Part shown: positions 38,101-50,900 of the stretch, piece by piece | Position numbering within the stretch: the first letter of the stretch is position 1 | Layout: every line of letters starts with the position of its first letter | Assembly: GCF_018977255.1 (NCBI RefSeq) | Contig: NW_024704760.1 | Span: forward strand, 4,526,001 to 4,590,000 | DNA length: 64,000 bases | Direction: 5' to 3' | Source of the DNA: Callorhinchus milii | Taxonomy: Eukaryota | The notes under the pieces: model-generated | Seen by the model: only the letters and a program-made list of their open reading frames with translations | Database searches by the model: none | What the model was told of the DNA's origin: nothing | Position numbers and translations under genes: made by a program

Positions 38101-41100
38101 ACGTGAAAGGCTCCTATACAAATGTAATCTTGTTATTGTTGTTAGTGCACGCAAGTGCTCGGGCCTTGAGGCGAGAGAGAGAAAGACAGAGAGAGAGAGA
38201 GGGAGAGCGCAGTTGTAGAAGTTATTTGAGTTCAAGCGCAAAAAGCGCAGGGAAGTGGGAGTGAACCTACCAACCTGCCTACTCCCTCCGTTCATCAGGC
38301 TCCAGCCTGCTCCATGTCTCCCTCCCGACCCGCCCTACCATCAGTGGCCAGGCTTTCAGCCTCTCTGCCCCCACACTCTGGAACTCCATCCCACGGTCCC
38401 ACCTCGCTTCCTCCGTTGCCTCCTTCAAGGCCGGTCTCAAGACCCTTTTCTTCGACCGCGCCTTTGGTCTCCCTCCCACCTCTCTGCCTTCCCTCACCCA
38501 TACACCACCCCTCCCCAATGCTCGGGCCCCGACAACTGACTGTTCAGCGCTTTGCGACGTCCTCCCGACGTGAAAGGCTCACTATAAATGTCATTTTGTT
38601 GTCGTTTAAAATGCTAAATAGAGACACAGCAGCTCGAATACCCCGAGCAGCCGATTCATGTCCGCTTCCAGGTTGGAGATAGTCATCCTCTGCATCACGA
38701 TGTCGGTCACTCTACTCTCTAGCGCCTGCCATTTCAGCCGGGCCGCACGGGAGAAATTCTCGCCAGCTCCTTTGCGCTGGGTCTTGATTTTCCTGCATTA
38801 GAGAGAGAGAGAGAGAGAGAGACAGAGACAGAGATGGAGACAGAGAGAGAGAGAGAAAGAGAGGGAGATATCTTTGGTCAGGTTCAGCAGCAATATAAAA
38901 TAATAATAATCCCTGGGTTCGACACTGCAACCTTTAGCATGTAGTCAAGTGCTTCACAAACTCCCTTCTCCATTTGTGTGTGTGAGAAAGAATGAGAGAG
39001 AGTGTGAGAGAGAGAGAGTGTGAGAGAGAGAGAGTGTGAGAGAGTGAGAAAGAGAGAGGGCGAATGCACACACACACACACACTAGTTATCGGACACATG
39101 GGGCAGTTTTGCCCGTGCTGCTGTGGTGTGATCAGTTTAACACAGGTATATAACAGATACGCATCGCACAGAAATAACAGATTGACATGAACCTCTTGAG
39201 AGTTGATGCGACACTCTCCGGATTGCTTACCTGGCCGCCCTCGTTCCGTTCACCACCGAGACAGTCTCGTTCCAGGCTGCATTGAACTTCCGGTTCCACT
39301 GCTTGACGATGTTGGACACGGACCTGGAGGCTGACTCCGGATCTGAAGACGTGGTGCTGGCCGAAAGCTCGGCTCCCGAGTCCAGGAACGTCTGCTTCCG
39401 GGTGATCCGACCGGCAACCCGGTCGGACATTGGCTTGGCTAGCCTCCGAAGAGCGCTGACCTGAGAACAGTTTAATAAAGAAAAGATAATAATAATACTC
39501 CTTACATTTGATACAGCGAACATGCCTGTAAAGTGAATTGACTTGAATATTTTGTGGGCGAAACGCGGCAGCCGATTGCTTGCAGCAGAGTCCCACAAAC
39601 AGTCGGCGATTGAAGTGACCAATCGATTATTTATTATTATTATTATTTTTTTTCGCTTCAACGCTTAAGAGTATCCAAGGCTTAAGAGTATCCACATCAG
39701 ACAAGAGTTCCACAGTTAACGCACGCATCGCGCTTACGCACGGGAATTCTCTGTGTTTGGAATGGAGCGCGAACTCTCTCTCCTGAGGGGATGCATTCGA
39801 CTTATCCAATTCCAGAGAGTATTAGGCACAGGTTTTGGATTCCAGTGTGTGTGTGTGTGTGTGTGCATTGGGTCACTGCTGAAGTTCAACCAGCTAAACA
39901 TCATATAGCTCGCCATTGAGAGCACGACTGAGATCACTGCTTGTCCAGCTAGGACCACTCACCCCAGGCGCTACATAAATGTAAATCTGTAGTGTATTGA
40001 ACTCTCACCTCTTGTGTTTTCCTCCGCAGGACAATTTCTTGCTGCCGCTTTTGAGACTCCAAAGCCCGGATTTGGAACTGAAACAAACGAGCAAAGGTGG
40101 AAACAGTGAATAAGCACCCTCACAACAAGAGCAGCCGGACATCGGCTATAGAAACCTTAAACCGAGCAAGGAAACAACAGAGTGTCGGCCTGGACTGTGC
40201 TGGAGGTTCTCAAGCAGCCTCCCGTTAGTTATCCCATCCCAATCGGAGACTTGGAAATTCACGGGTTTGTTTATAAGGTGAGTGTGGGGTGGACCTGCGG
40301 ACATCTTGCCGTGGTCTAACAATGGCCGGCTTCCAGGTCATTAGGTGACAGCTATCGACCTCATTTCCTACCCTGAGCACGCGCAGGATGTGATTGATGC
40401 CAGTGTTGATCCCCATGACCCAGAATTCGGTCGCTTGCAAAGCACAGCAACATCGCACACATTGGTCACGTCAATGATGTAGAGATCAGCTCCTGGTTGG
40501 GTGCTTATGGACACCCTCCCCACCCTTCGACAACCAGGTGGTTGTAACAGGGGTTCACTGCTCCCACCTCTTGTCGTCTCTGCTCCTTCTTCAGCTGCGC
40601 GATCTCACGGTTCCTCTTGCATTCGATCAACCTCATCCGCTGCTGCTCGTCCCTCATCTGCTTCATGAGCGCCACCTGACAGAGCGAAGGTACAAAAAAA
40701 AAACCACACCCACAAAACACGTTTAAATACCAATTATTGTACTCGAATGGAAAATCTACGAAATAGTTACACAAAACAATTGCAAAACCACGGTTCTGTA
40801 GATGTCCAGCGCCTTGGGACTTGCTCCCGATGTGAAAGGCGCTTTACAAATGTATTTTTTGTTGTTGTTGTTGGTTCACTGCCTGGTATCAAAAAGAGTT
40901 TGTGCCCTTTATCTGCCTGGAGTTATCTAGTCTCAGCATCACTGGGCGACCGGGGTTCCAACTCCTTGTTTACCCAGTGCCCGGGCCAGCAATCCCCCAG
41001 ATAAAAATCATTCACACCCACGTGGCTGCTTGTGGAACATTGCCGTGAGCAAATTGGGCTACTGCGTTCACACACAAAACACAGTCATGCCACTTTGCCA

Positions 41101-44100
41101 TGTACCGCCCACGAGATACACAGTCGATCCACTTTACAATATAACCTGTGAAGCGCTTGGAAATGTCTCAACGACGTGATGAGGCACTATATCAAAGGCA
41201 AGTTTTATTATGATTATTAACAGTACGTCCTGTGAATTGCTTTGAGGAATCTTGACGATGTGATAAGGCGCTGTATCATATGCAAAGATATTTATTATTA
41301 TATCCCGTTTGCTATCACTTTGCGTTGATATTACCCAGTACCCATTACCTTGGTTTTCCTCATCTCGGCCACCTCTCCCTGCAGCTTTCTCAGCTCAACC
41401 TCGTATCGGGTTTGGTTCCTCAGCAGTCGGCCGTGCTCTTTCTGGGCTACCTGGAGTTTCTGCAGCTCGCGGTTCATTTCCTTCAGTCTCTTCTCATAAT
41501 CGGCCTTAATCTTGTTGGCTTTCTCCTCTGTGTAGCACTCCATGGTACCTGGGCAAAGAACCAAAGTTGCCGTTATTTGACCTGAATGTACCAGTTTCCT
41601 ATCGATGTGTGCACAAACGTAATGGCTTACACTTGAACCAACCTTGGCATTTATTGCCTCAATTGCTGGAGTTATTCAAGGTTGGTGGGGGGGTGCGGGT
41701 GGGGGGGGCGGGAGAAGATTTGGAGTCCTGAGGTTATGTCAGATTTCTTCATATAGAAAAAAAATCAGCAAACAGTTTTTATGAGTTCAATTTGTTTAGT
41801 GTGGGTTCAAGCCCCTTATTGGGAACTTTGAGCTCACAGTTTAACGCTGACAATACTTTATCACTGTTTGACGTGTTAAAACAAGCACCTGCTGGGGGTT
41901 AAAGATCCCGTGGCGCTATTCAAAAAAACAAAAGCAAGGGAGGTTCGCCTCTGTGGGGCATTGGTGTGCACAAATTGGCTGCCGCGTTTCGCCCACAAAA
42001 TACACAGTCACAACACTTTACAGTGTATCCTGGGAAGCGCTTTTGAGACGTCTTGAAGACCGATAGGTGCTATATCAAACGCAACGATTATTATTGTTAT
42101 TATTAAAATATAACCCAAGAATCGCTTGGAGAAGTTCTCCTGATGTGAAAGGAGTTGTAACAGATGCCCAGGTTGTAATAGTAACCAGCGGAGAGGAGTA
42201 GCAGAAGGGGAGTCTGTACCAAGGTTTTGGAGAACCCGGTCCCTCTCTAGTTGAGTGTCCCTGATCTTGCTCTGTAACATGATGAGCTTCTGCTCGTACT
42301 GCTGCTTCAGGATGTGCAGTCGGCGTTGACTGTTCTCCAGTTCATCGATGAGCTTCTGTTTGATTTCAATCTCGCAGGTCAAGTCAGCGAGGTCGGCTTG
42401 GTAATTGACTGAGCAGGAAACAAAACACAAGAGCAAACCGTGAGCCGCGAGGCACAAACTTCCAAGCGCAGACCGTCAAGCTTCTATCCCAATCATTCCA
42501 GAAGTTGCTCTGGCTTTAGGAACGTGAAAGGGTGTCTTAACGGTTCCAATATCTGGTCAAACTGCACTGCTGTATGCTACTGCCTGCCGCGTTTCGCCCA
42601 CTAGACACACAGGAAATTCACTTTGCAGTATATTCTGTGAAGCGTTTTGAGACGTCTCAGCGACGTGATAAGGCGCGATATCAAACGCAAGGATTATTAT
42701 TAGTGTTTATTAGGATAGGAAATACTGGCATCCCATGATTGGCCCCACATTTCCTCTCCTGCTTCACAAAAGCAATTTTCCCAAACTCCTGTACGTACTT
42801 CAGGCACGAGACTGAGCAGCAGGTGTGCACTACAGAACCCGGATCAATACCTTTTTCCTCGGATTCTGTATCGGTATCATCCAGGCTTCCGTCACTGTCA
42901 AACTCTTCATCATCTCCGCCTTCCTCCTCCTCCTCCTCGCAACCACTCTCTTCATGCTCTTCCTCCTGGAATTGCAAACAAATGCAACGCAGGTGGATGA
43001 TTGTCGCCAGATTGGTTCACAAAACCAACTTTCTAAAAACCCTTGCACTGACGTTCAATGGCAAGAAAACCTCCTAAATCTTCCAGTGCGTGTGTAAAGT
43101 TCATTTCAAACAGCTAGGAAGGTTTCATGAAGTGGGCATTGATGCAAAGGTAATGCCAAGCATCTAGGAACGAGTCTCATCTTTTCTTACCCCTTCAGCC
43201 TCATTGTCGTCGGTCTCTTCCCCGTTCTCTTGCTGTAGTTTTGTGCCCCTTTTCATTCTCTCTTTCTCCGGACTTGAAAGCGCAAAAAACAAAAACACAG
43301 AAAGAAGAGAATTGGAAAGCAGGACAGATGAGGTTGTATCGGCAGTTACCAAGTCAGAAGGACAATTTAGCTCACGCCCAGCACCGCACTGGAGGGTTAG
43401 CCTAGACCGTGAGCTCAATGTCTCAATACGGGACTTGAACCCACAGCTTTTTGATTGAACTGAGGTCAGAAAGCATATCTTCACCCAGAGGCTTGTGAAA
43501 ATGTGGAATATTGTAGGGCAATGCTTAAAACTGAACAGACGAGGGATTTAGGGAGTATGGTGATAGGACCCAGTATTAGGATTATAAACTGGTGGAACTT
43601 TTATGTCCTAATATTGTAACACACTCAGAAGCGTCCATTATTTGTACGTAATACACTTATGGAATACAGTTACCTATTCCTCTTCTCTCTTCGCTCCTTC
43701 TTCTTCAGCAGCTCCAAGTCTTTTTTGGCCATTTTGACCACCTCACTGGTGTCAGGCTCCAGCGAAACAAGTGGACTCAGCGTCGAGGAACCGATCAGAG
43801 GAGACATGCCGGCGGAAAACGGCGACTTCGCTGACAGCCGGGAGAGGCTACGCCGAAGGGACTCGTTCATCGATTCACTTTCCAACAGTTTAGTCCTGCA
43901 ACAGAGCAGCATCCAGTTCCCCAAAAGCAATAATAAAATAAATACTCCTAAATGCCACCGATGCTTTGCAGATGCACGAGCTGCTCAATAACATCTCCAT
44001 CAATAGATAACATGTTTGGATGTTAATCTGTTGGTGGAGATCAGTGGTGGCAAACATGTGGCCCGCGGGCCGGAAGTGGCCCACTGAGCCATCAAGAAGC

Positions 44101-44916
44101 ACCCCTCTCTCCACCTCCCACCCCCCACCAACATTCGAGCTAGTCCAGGTAAGTCTGTGTTCAATCGGTAGTGCGGGTTCAGATTTTTCTTGATTGAATA
44201 TTTCCTTGATTTATGGCATAACAAAAATCAAGAAATATTCAGCCAAGAAAATGTATTTTGTTGGCAGACCATAAAGGTCGGCCACCACTGATCTGGAGGT
44301 ACAGGACAGAAAGGAAAGGTAGCTTTGCACATTTGTACCAAATGGAAAACCCCTCTGTTTATGAAAGTCTATGGGGTTCGATGAAATTGTCACAATTTGA
44401 TGTACATCATGAGTCATTTTGCGATGCAAATTGGACCTATATAGCTGTGAGACTAAGTTCAAAGTCCTGACGTGGGGCTTGAACCCTCAACCTTCCGACT
44501 CAAAGGCGAGAACGCTACCAAGACTCCAAATACTCCCAATGCGCACAAATATTTTTTTATATGGCCAATATTCAAACCTCCTTAAAGGGAGGGGGTGGGG
44601 GGGGTGGAGAAGCAACTTTCCTGTTTTATTTGTTCATAGCAGAGATGAACCAACCCACAGACTACGTGTGCGACAACCAGCTATGGATCAAGCCAAATGC
44701 ATAGAAAAGATAAGACGCTAAATCACTGACATGACATCAACACTCACACACACACGATTCTCGATCGAAAGCCAACGGACCAACCTGAGCTCTTGAATTT
44801 CTCGGATGTAATTTTGAATTAATTCACTTATTTCTTCATTGCCGTCTCCTGCGGTGTCAAACACAAAGTAAATTATTTGATAGTTTTTTTTAATTTATAA
44901 ATCAGCCAGGCTATCT

Positions 44917-44953
<37 letters not shown>

Positions 44954-47900
44954 GCTCACACAAGAAACACAGTCTGAGACTTTCATGTATGAATGTTTGC
45001 CACCCACCTACACGTGGCAAATGCTAGTTAGAATCAAATTTGGGAATGCGTGGCTGGAAATTGTCAAATCCACCAGAAAAAAGTAATTAAATAGAATGAT
45101 AATCCGGATTAAAAAGAAACATAGGGAACAGTCAATCGCATTCCGAGTTATGGAAGCAATTGCAGAATAACTAAATAAATCATATAATGTACGATTTATT
45201 CACTAGCAATCTACAGTACAAACAGCAATTACCTACTTTTACTGGTCCAGTTTCTAACATCTGGATTCTGTCAGGAAATGACTGCGATAAAACATATCTG
45301 CTGAAAACATTTGGTTTGAATTGTACCGTTCAAGCCTTTCAGACAGCTCGGGGGGTTTTTGGCTGTTAATCTCAAACCATCTGCAGTTATGTCGGCTCAT
45401 TAAATCAGCATTTTAGCTGCCTGATCACCTGCAGTTTCCTGGACTACATTATATTGAAGACACCTAGCGCATAGTGTTGTTTCGCCTGCAAGATATACAG
45501 TCAATTCACTTTACAGTATATTCTGTGAAGCGCTTTGAGTCGTCTCGAAGGCACGATAAGGCGCTATATCAAATGCAAGGATTATTATTACTATTATTAT
45601 TATTATCTGGTCAACACACACACATACACACGTACACAAAGCCCAAGAAGTGTAAACAGCCAAGTCACATAATAATATAATAATAATCCTCACACTTGAC
45701 ATAGCGCCTTATCACGTCTTCGAGACATCTCAAAGCGCTTCACCGAATATACTGTTAAGTAAACTGACTGCATATTTTGTGGGCGAAACATCCATTTTAT
45801 AATTAACAATTAACATGGAACTATTACCTTGAGAGAAATACTAATGCAATATTAACCCACGCGACAGTGTGGAAGGTTGATCCTACCCGCACAGGCTATG
45901 ATCTGATTGGCCTCGTTGCTCAGCAGATCAGTTACTCTGATGTTCAAGGCATCGATGGTCTCCTGCATGGCTTTCACTCTCATTCGCAAATTGTCATTTT
46001 CCTTCTGCAGCATCGCGTTTTCGTGGCACAGATCATTCAATCCCTCGGAACCATCCTCACCGACAACTCGCTTTCCCTTTAGAAAAAAAGATAGACCCAC
46101 CACTTAGCTCGTCAGCTACAGCGCCTTGAGTAACACTTTCGGCTCTGAAGGAAATAACATTCTGAGATATAATACATAAGTAGCTCGGGACATATGTGCA
46201 TGCGACCGCCAGGAAGGTGGAAGGAGAACCAGGTGGACATGTTTTTTCACCTAGCATTTCTTATGAAGGACTTTAGCTTTTTTTTGCGCACAACATAGTT
46301 TAGAAAAGGTTCTAAATTGGTAATAATGATAATAATAATAAACCTTGCATTTGATATAGCGCTTTTCACGTCGGGAGGACGTCCCAAAGCGCTTCACAGA
46401 ACACACTGTAAAGTGAATTGACTGTATATTTGTGGGCGAAATGTGGCAGCTAATTGCACACAACCAGTGTCCCACAAACAGTCCTGGATTGAAAATGACC
46501 AATTTATTATTGTTTTTGGTTTTGGAGGGATTATTATTAGGCTCTGTGTGGAGTAAGGAAACTTGCCCAAGGTTTCGCCCTCTGCCTGGAATTGAACCCA
46601 GGTGTCTCGCTTGCAAGGACTCCACTATATGGGGGATAGCGAGATAAACAATTCCACTTAGACTCTGGATTTATTCTATTTTTCTTGCAGTTGCAGCGTG
46701 TCCAGAATTTGGCAAATGGTTGAATTCAGCCTCGACTGTGCAGTCGTTTTTTGTTTCTTACCGTCTTGTACTCCATCAGATCCATCTGAAGTCGGGCAAT
46801 CTCTGCTCGCAGGGCATTGATCTGCTGGCTGGTCTTGTCCTGATTCACCACCACTTTGTTCTTGATGTTTCGGGCTCGGTTTGCATACTTGAGGGTGTTG
46901 AGTGTCTCCATGAAGTCACGGTCAGACGGGCTGATGCAAGCGATCATGATGGTCCGACTTGCAAAGGAACAAGAGCAAACATCAGCGCCCTCGTGTCGCT
47001 CGCTGGGGAAAGCGCTGCAACTGGGACTCGAGGCTGTGCACCGACGTTCGTAAAGAAATCTGCTCTTGTGAGAAAGTACAGGAGAGCCCTGTTGCAATAG
47101 GCTTCATTAGAAGGCGGGTTCATGGAATTACCGATAAAAGGGGGTCCAGAAAGCCAAGCAGCTCGCTTCAAAACGCCGGACTTTAAAAGGAAAGCCCACA
47201 GCTGGGTCATCTCCTGTTTGCTGCACATAGCATGTGTATATTATAATAATAGTAATTCTTGTATTTGATATAATAATAATAATAATCCTTGCATTTGATA
47301 TAGCGCTTTTCACGTCGGGAGGACGTCCCAAAGCGCTTCACAGAACACACTGTAAAGTGAATTGACTGTATATTTGTGGGCGAACGCGGCAGCCAATTGC
47401 GCACAGCAGCGTCCCCACAAACAGTCGTGGATTGAAGTGACCAATTTATCATTATTATTATTTTTTTTGAAGGAATTATTACCCCCGGAAAAGTGATCCG
47501 CCAATTGACTAACAGCCGGGTCCCTACTTACTGCTAGGTAAAGAGAGGCGTGTGGAGTAAGGACTCAACATTTCGCCCTGCTGGGAATCGAATCCAGGTT
47601 TGTTGTTTGTGAGGTGAAGTGCTCTAACCACTGAGCTACACACACTCTCGCTCTCTTGTACCTGTTTCCGCCAAGCGAGTCTTGAAGAAGCCTGGTTAGC
47701 TTGGAGTCTCTGTATGGCACATGGTGGTTCTTCTTGCTCTGGTCTCCCAAGGCACTGATGACATTTCCTAGCGACAGCTTCAGCAAAAAAGAAATTTAAA
47801 AGAAAGAAAAACATTTTTTTTTATTAATAACGTTGGGGCTTGAAACCACCCAGAGGCCAGAACCCTACCAAAGGAGCCACGTAGACATATTACTGTGTCA

Positions 47901-50900
47901 CCGATTTGTAAATCCATGCACCAGCAAAAATAATAATCGGAGAAAGAGAAAATTACAGCGGTTACGGAGCCCCTAACTATGATCGACTGTCTACTTTCAT
48001 CCCCTCAATTTGCCAGAGGTGGCAGAACAAGAGGACGCGGGCTAAAGGGTTGCAAAGGGGATAATTTCAAGCACAGACCAGTGATTAGTTACCCAGAGGG
48101 TAACTAATGACTGGAACATGTTATAAGGAAGGGTGGTTGAGGCCAGGACACTGGACCATTTGTTAAATGGTTCGATGCTATGATGGGAGGGCGGTGGGGT
48201 GAGTATTCTGGAATGAAAGGCTTGCTTAATCTCAACCGATTTTATGAATCTCTATCTTACACAGCGATTCCCAGCCTAAGGCATCAGCACTGGTGAAGTG
48301 TCACATCGATATACTCTGCGATTCTATAAGAAACACAAGGAATTGCTAAATGAAAGCAGCTCGCTCGACTTTGATTAAAATTAAGGAACTGTTGAGCTGG
48401 GCTTTGCACTGCACTTTGAAGTGATAACGATAACAACAAGATTACATTTGTATAGCGCCTTTCACCTCGGGAGGATGTCCCAACGCGTGTTCATGAATGG
48501 CAAACACACAGTCAAGTTACTACACTTCACAGCAACTGCCTGTGTGAAGCACTTTGAGGTATTTTACCACTGCCTTAGGGTCATGGTAAAACCGTTTTAT
48601 CAGTAACAAACTGGGAAAAAAAATCCCCTTTTGTGGAGAAAGCTGGTGTATTCTGAATGAATGGGAGAGTGAATAAATGACTTGGGATGGTGGTGGTGGG
48701 GGGGGGGGAAAGAACGGAGGATGAGGGAAAGAGTCACATGACACTGCAGATGTCCTAACGAGAAAAACAAGAGCATTTTAGGAACAAAAAAAAGTCTATT
48801 TCAAAACGGTTCAGTGATCATTCTGTGCCGAGAGCTCAGTGGAGCGGCTGAAGATAAATAGCATTCCCAAACCACTTAGCCAGTTAACGGCCTTTTCATG
48901 TGCTCTTAGCAGTCAATGCATTGGGCAGCTTTCAAAATGTCACCATGCCCCCTCGCTCTCTGGATTGAACAGACGGCAGGTTCTCCCCAACCTCTGGAAA
49001 GGCGAAGAATCCATCGCCAAACATTCAAGAACAACTTCTACCGCGCAGAGGGCAGATCCCCCGTTTCCAATACGATTAATATCCCTTAATATATTATTAA
49101 TAATAATCCTCGCGTTTGTAGGGCCTCATCACGTCGATGAGACGTCTCAATACGTTTCCCAGGATATACCGTAAAATAGTACGCCTGTTGCATTTCCTGG
49201 GCAAAAATACCAATGATCAAGGATGGTTGCTTGTACACCAAGCACTCCCGTTACTTAGCAAAGAAAGACCTCCCTCCTCAGGCCTTGAATCTCTCCGGGC
49301 CAGTTGTTGTCTATCCAGTGAAGTGGAGACAGACTCTCCTTTGAGCAATGAACGCATTGGTGGGGGTGGGGGAGGAAGTGAGGGAAACAGCCTCCTGAGG
49401 AAAGGATGTCTGCAGATAGAGATGATGCTCTCCCCCAGTCCCAGTGTGGGTTGAGACGAGCTCATGTGCTGTGCGATTATACAGCTATAACAGTAGTCGA
49501 GTTCAATCAGTATTATGCTGTAAGAATGTCAAAAGTGCCCTCCAGGTATATAAAATCTGACCGTTTCTGGTAAGTCAGCGCGACACGACAAGATGAATGT
49601 GAACGAGACCTCCAAATCGGATCAGTTTCTGCTGCTGGTTTGATTCAACTCAATGCCTGTTGGATCTGGGTCAGCGAGCCACAGTACTTCACCCCAGGGA
49701 ACGACAGACGTTGAACTCACTCACTCACACAGCACATCAGCGAGGTTAGCATGATGCTTCAAGTCGAAATGCACGCATCTCCGGTTTTAGCTGTGGAGCT
49801 CATTGTGAAGCTTTGGCTCAAGTCGGGACCTGGAGCTCACAATCCAGGCTGATGCTCTGGGGAAGTGCTGCACTCTCAGAGGGTGCCCACCTTTCAATGG
49901 GATGGGGTGCAGTGGTGAGAGAAGCTAAGATACCTTATCGGTGGGCTTTGTACCATCGCTACACCACACATAAAGCTGAACACACGGAGCATTATTGACG
50001 ACAGACACGTCCAGGTTATTTTGGGCTCTTTAGAGCAATAAGACGTACCCATGCCTTCATAAAAAGATTAAAAATTCAATAGAATTTTTTCCGATGAAAG
50101 GTCATCGACCCGAAACGTTAACTCACTTTCCTCTCTCTCCACAGATGCTGCCTGACCTGACGCATGTTCCCAGCGACTTCTGTTTCGAAACTCAACAGAT
50201 ATTGGGTTCAAATACCTGGTGGCAGATTTTGCAGAGTGGACGAGGTACAATTTCCCATCCCACTTACCAGGCCGCAGTTGATAGAAATGCCCTCTTTGGC
50301 CCTCTCCCCTGTTGCCCCTGTGCGCTTCAACCTCTCGGAGCCAGCCAGGTCGACAAAGTGGAATTTGGCTGTGAGGGTTTCGTACTCGTTCACTGGCGGG
50401 GCATCGTGTTCGACTCCATTCACCTCCCCATTCACCTGAAGAAGAGCAAAAAAAAAACAAAAAAAACATTGGGTTTACACACAAGCAGCACAACAAGAGG
50501 AACGCTCCATTCATCCAACCTCAAGAAGAAACACATGAGGGGCGGGGGGGCAACTTGCGGTGGTTTTTAACCCTGTTCTCAACAGCTGGTGGCACAAACA
50601 CCACAGATCTGGTGCCTGGTTTTAATTCTGCACCTGGTTGTTGCCGTTGTCCATTATTGCCGCTGATTTTTCTGTCTTAAGTGTCTCATTAAAACGGACT
50701 CCAATCAATCAATGAATCAATGGGAACATATTGCCGTTGTGAGAAAATTTATAGAGTTGAAGCTCGAATGGAAAGAGCGTCTGCAGGTCAGAGCCATCTC
50801 AGTGATCAGTTCCAACTTGAGGCCTGCACTGAGCTCAACACAAAAAGACAACTACAGTTGTTGTCCTTGGCAATCTGGTGGTTGTTTGGTTTGTTTGGCT

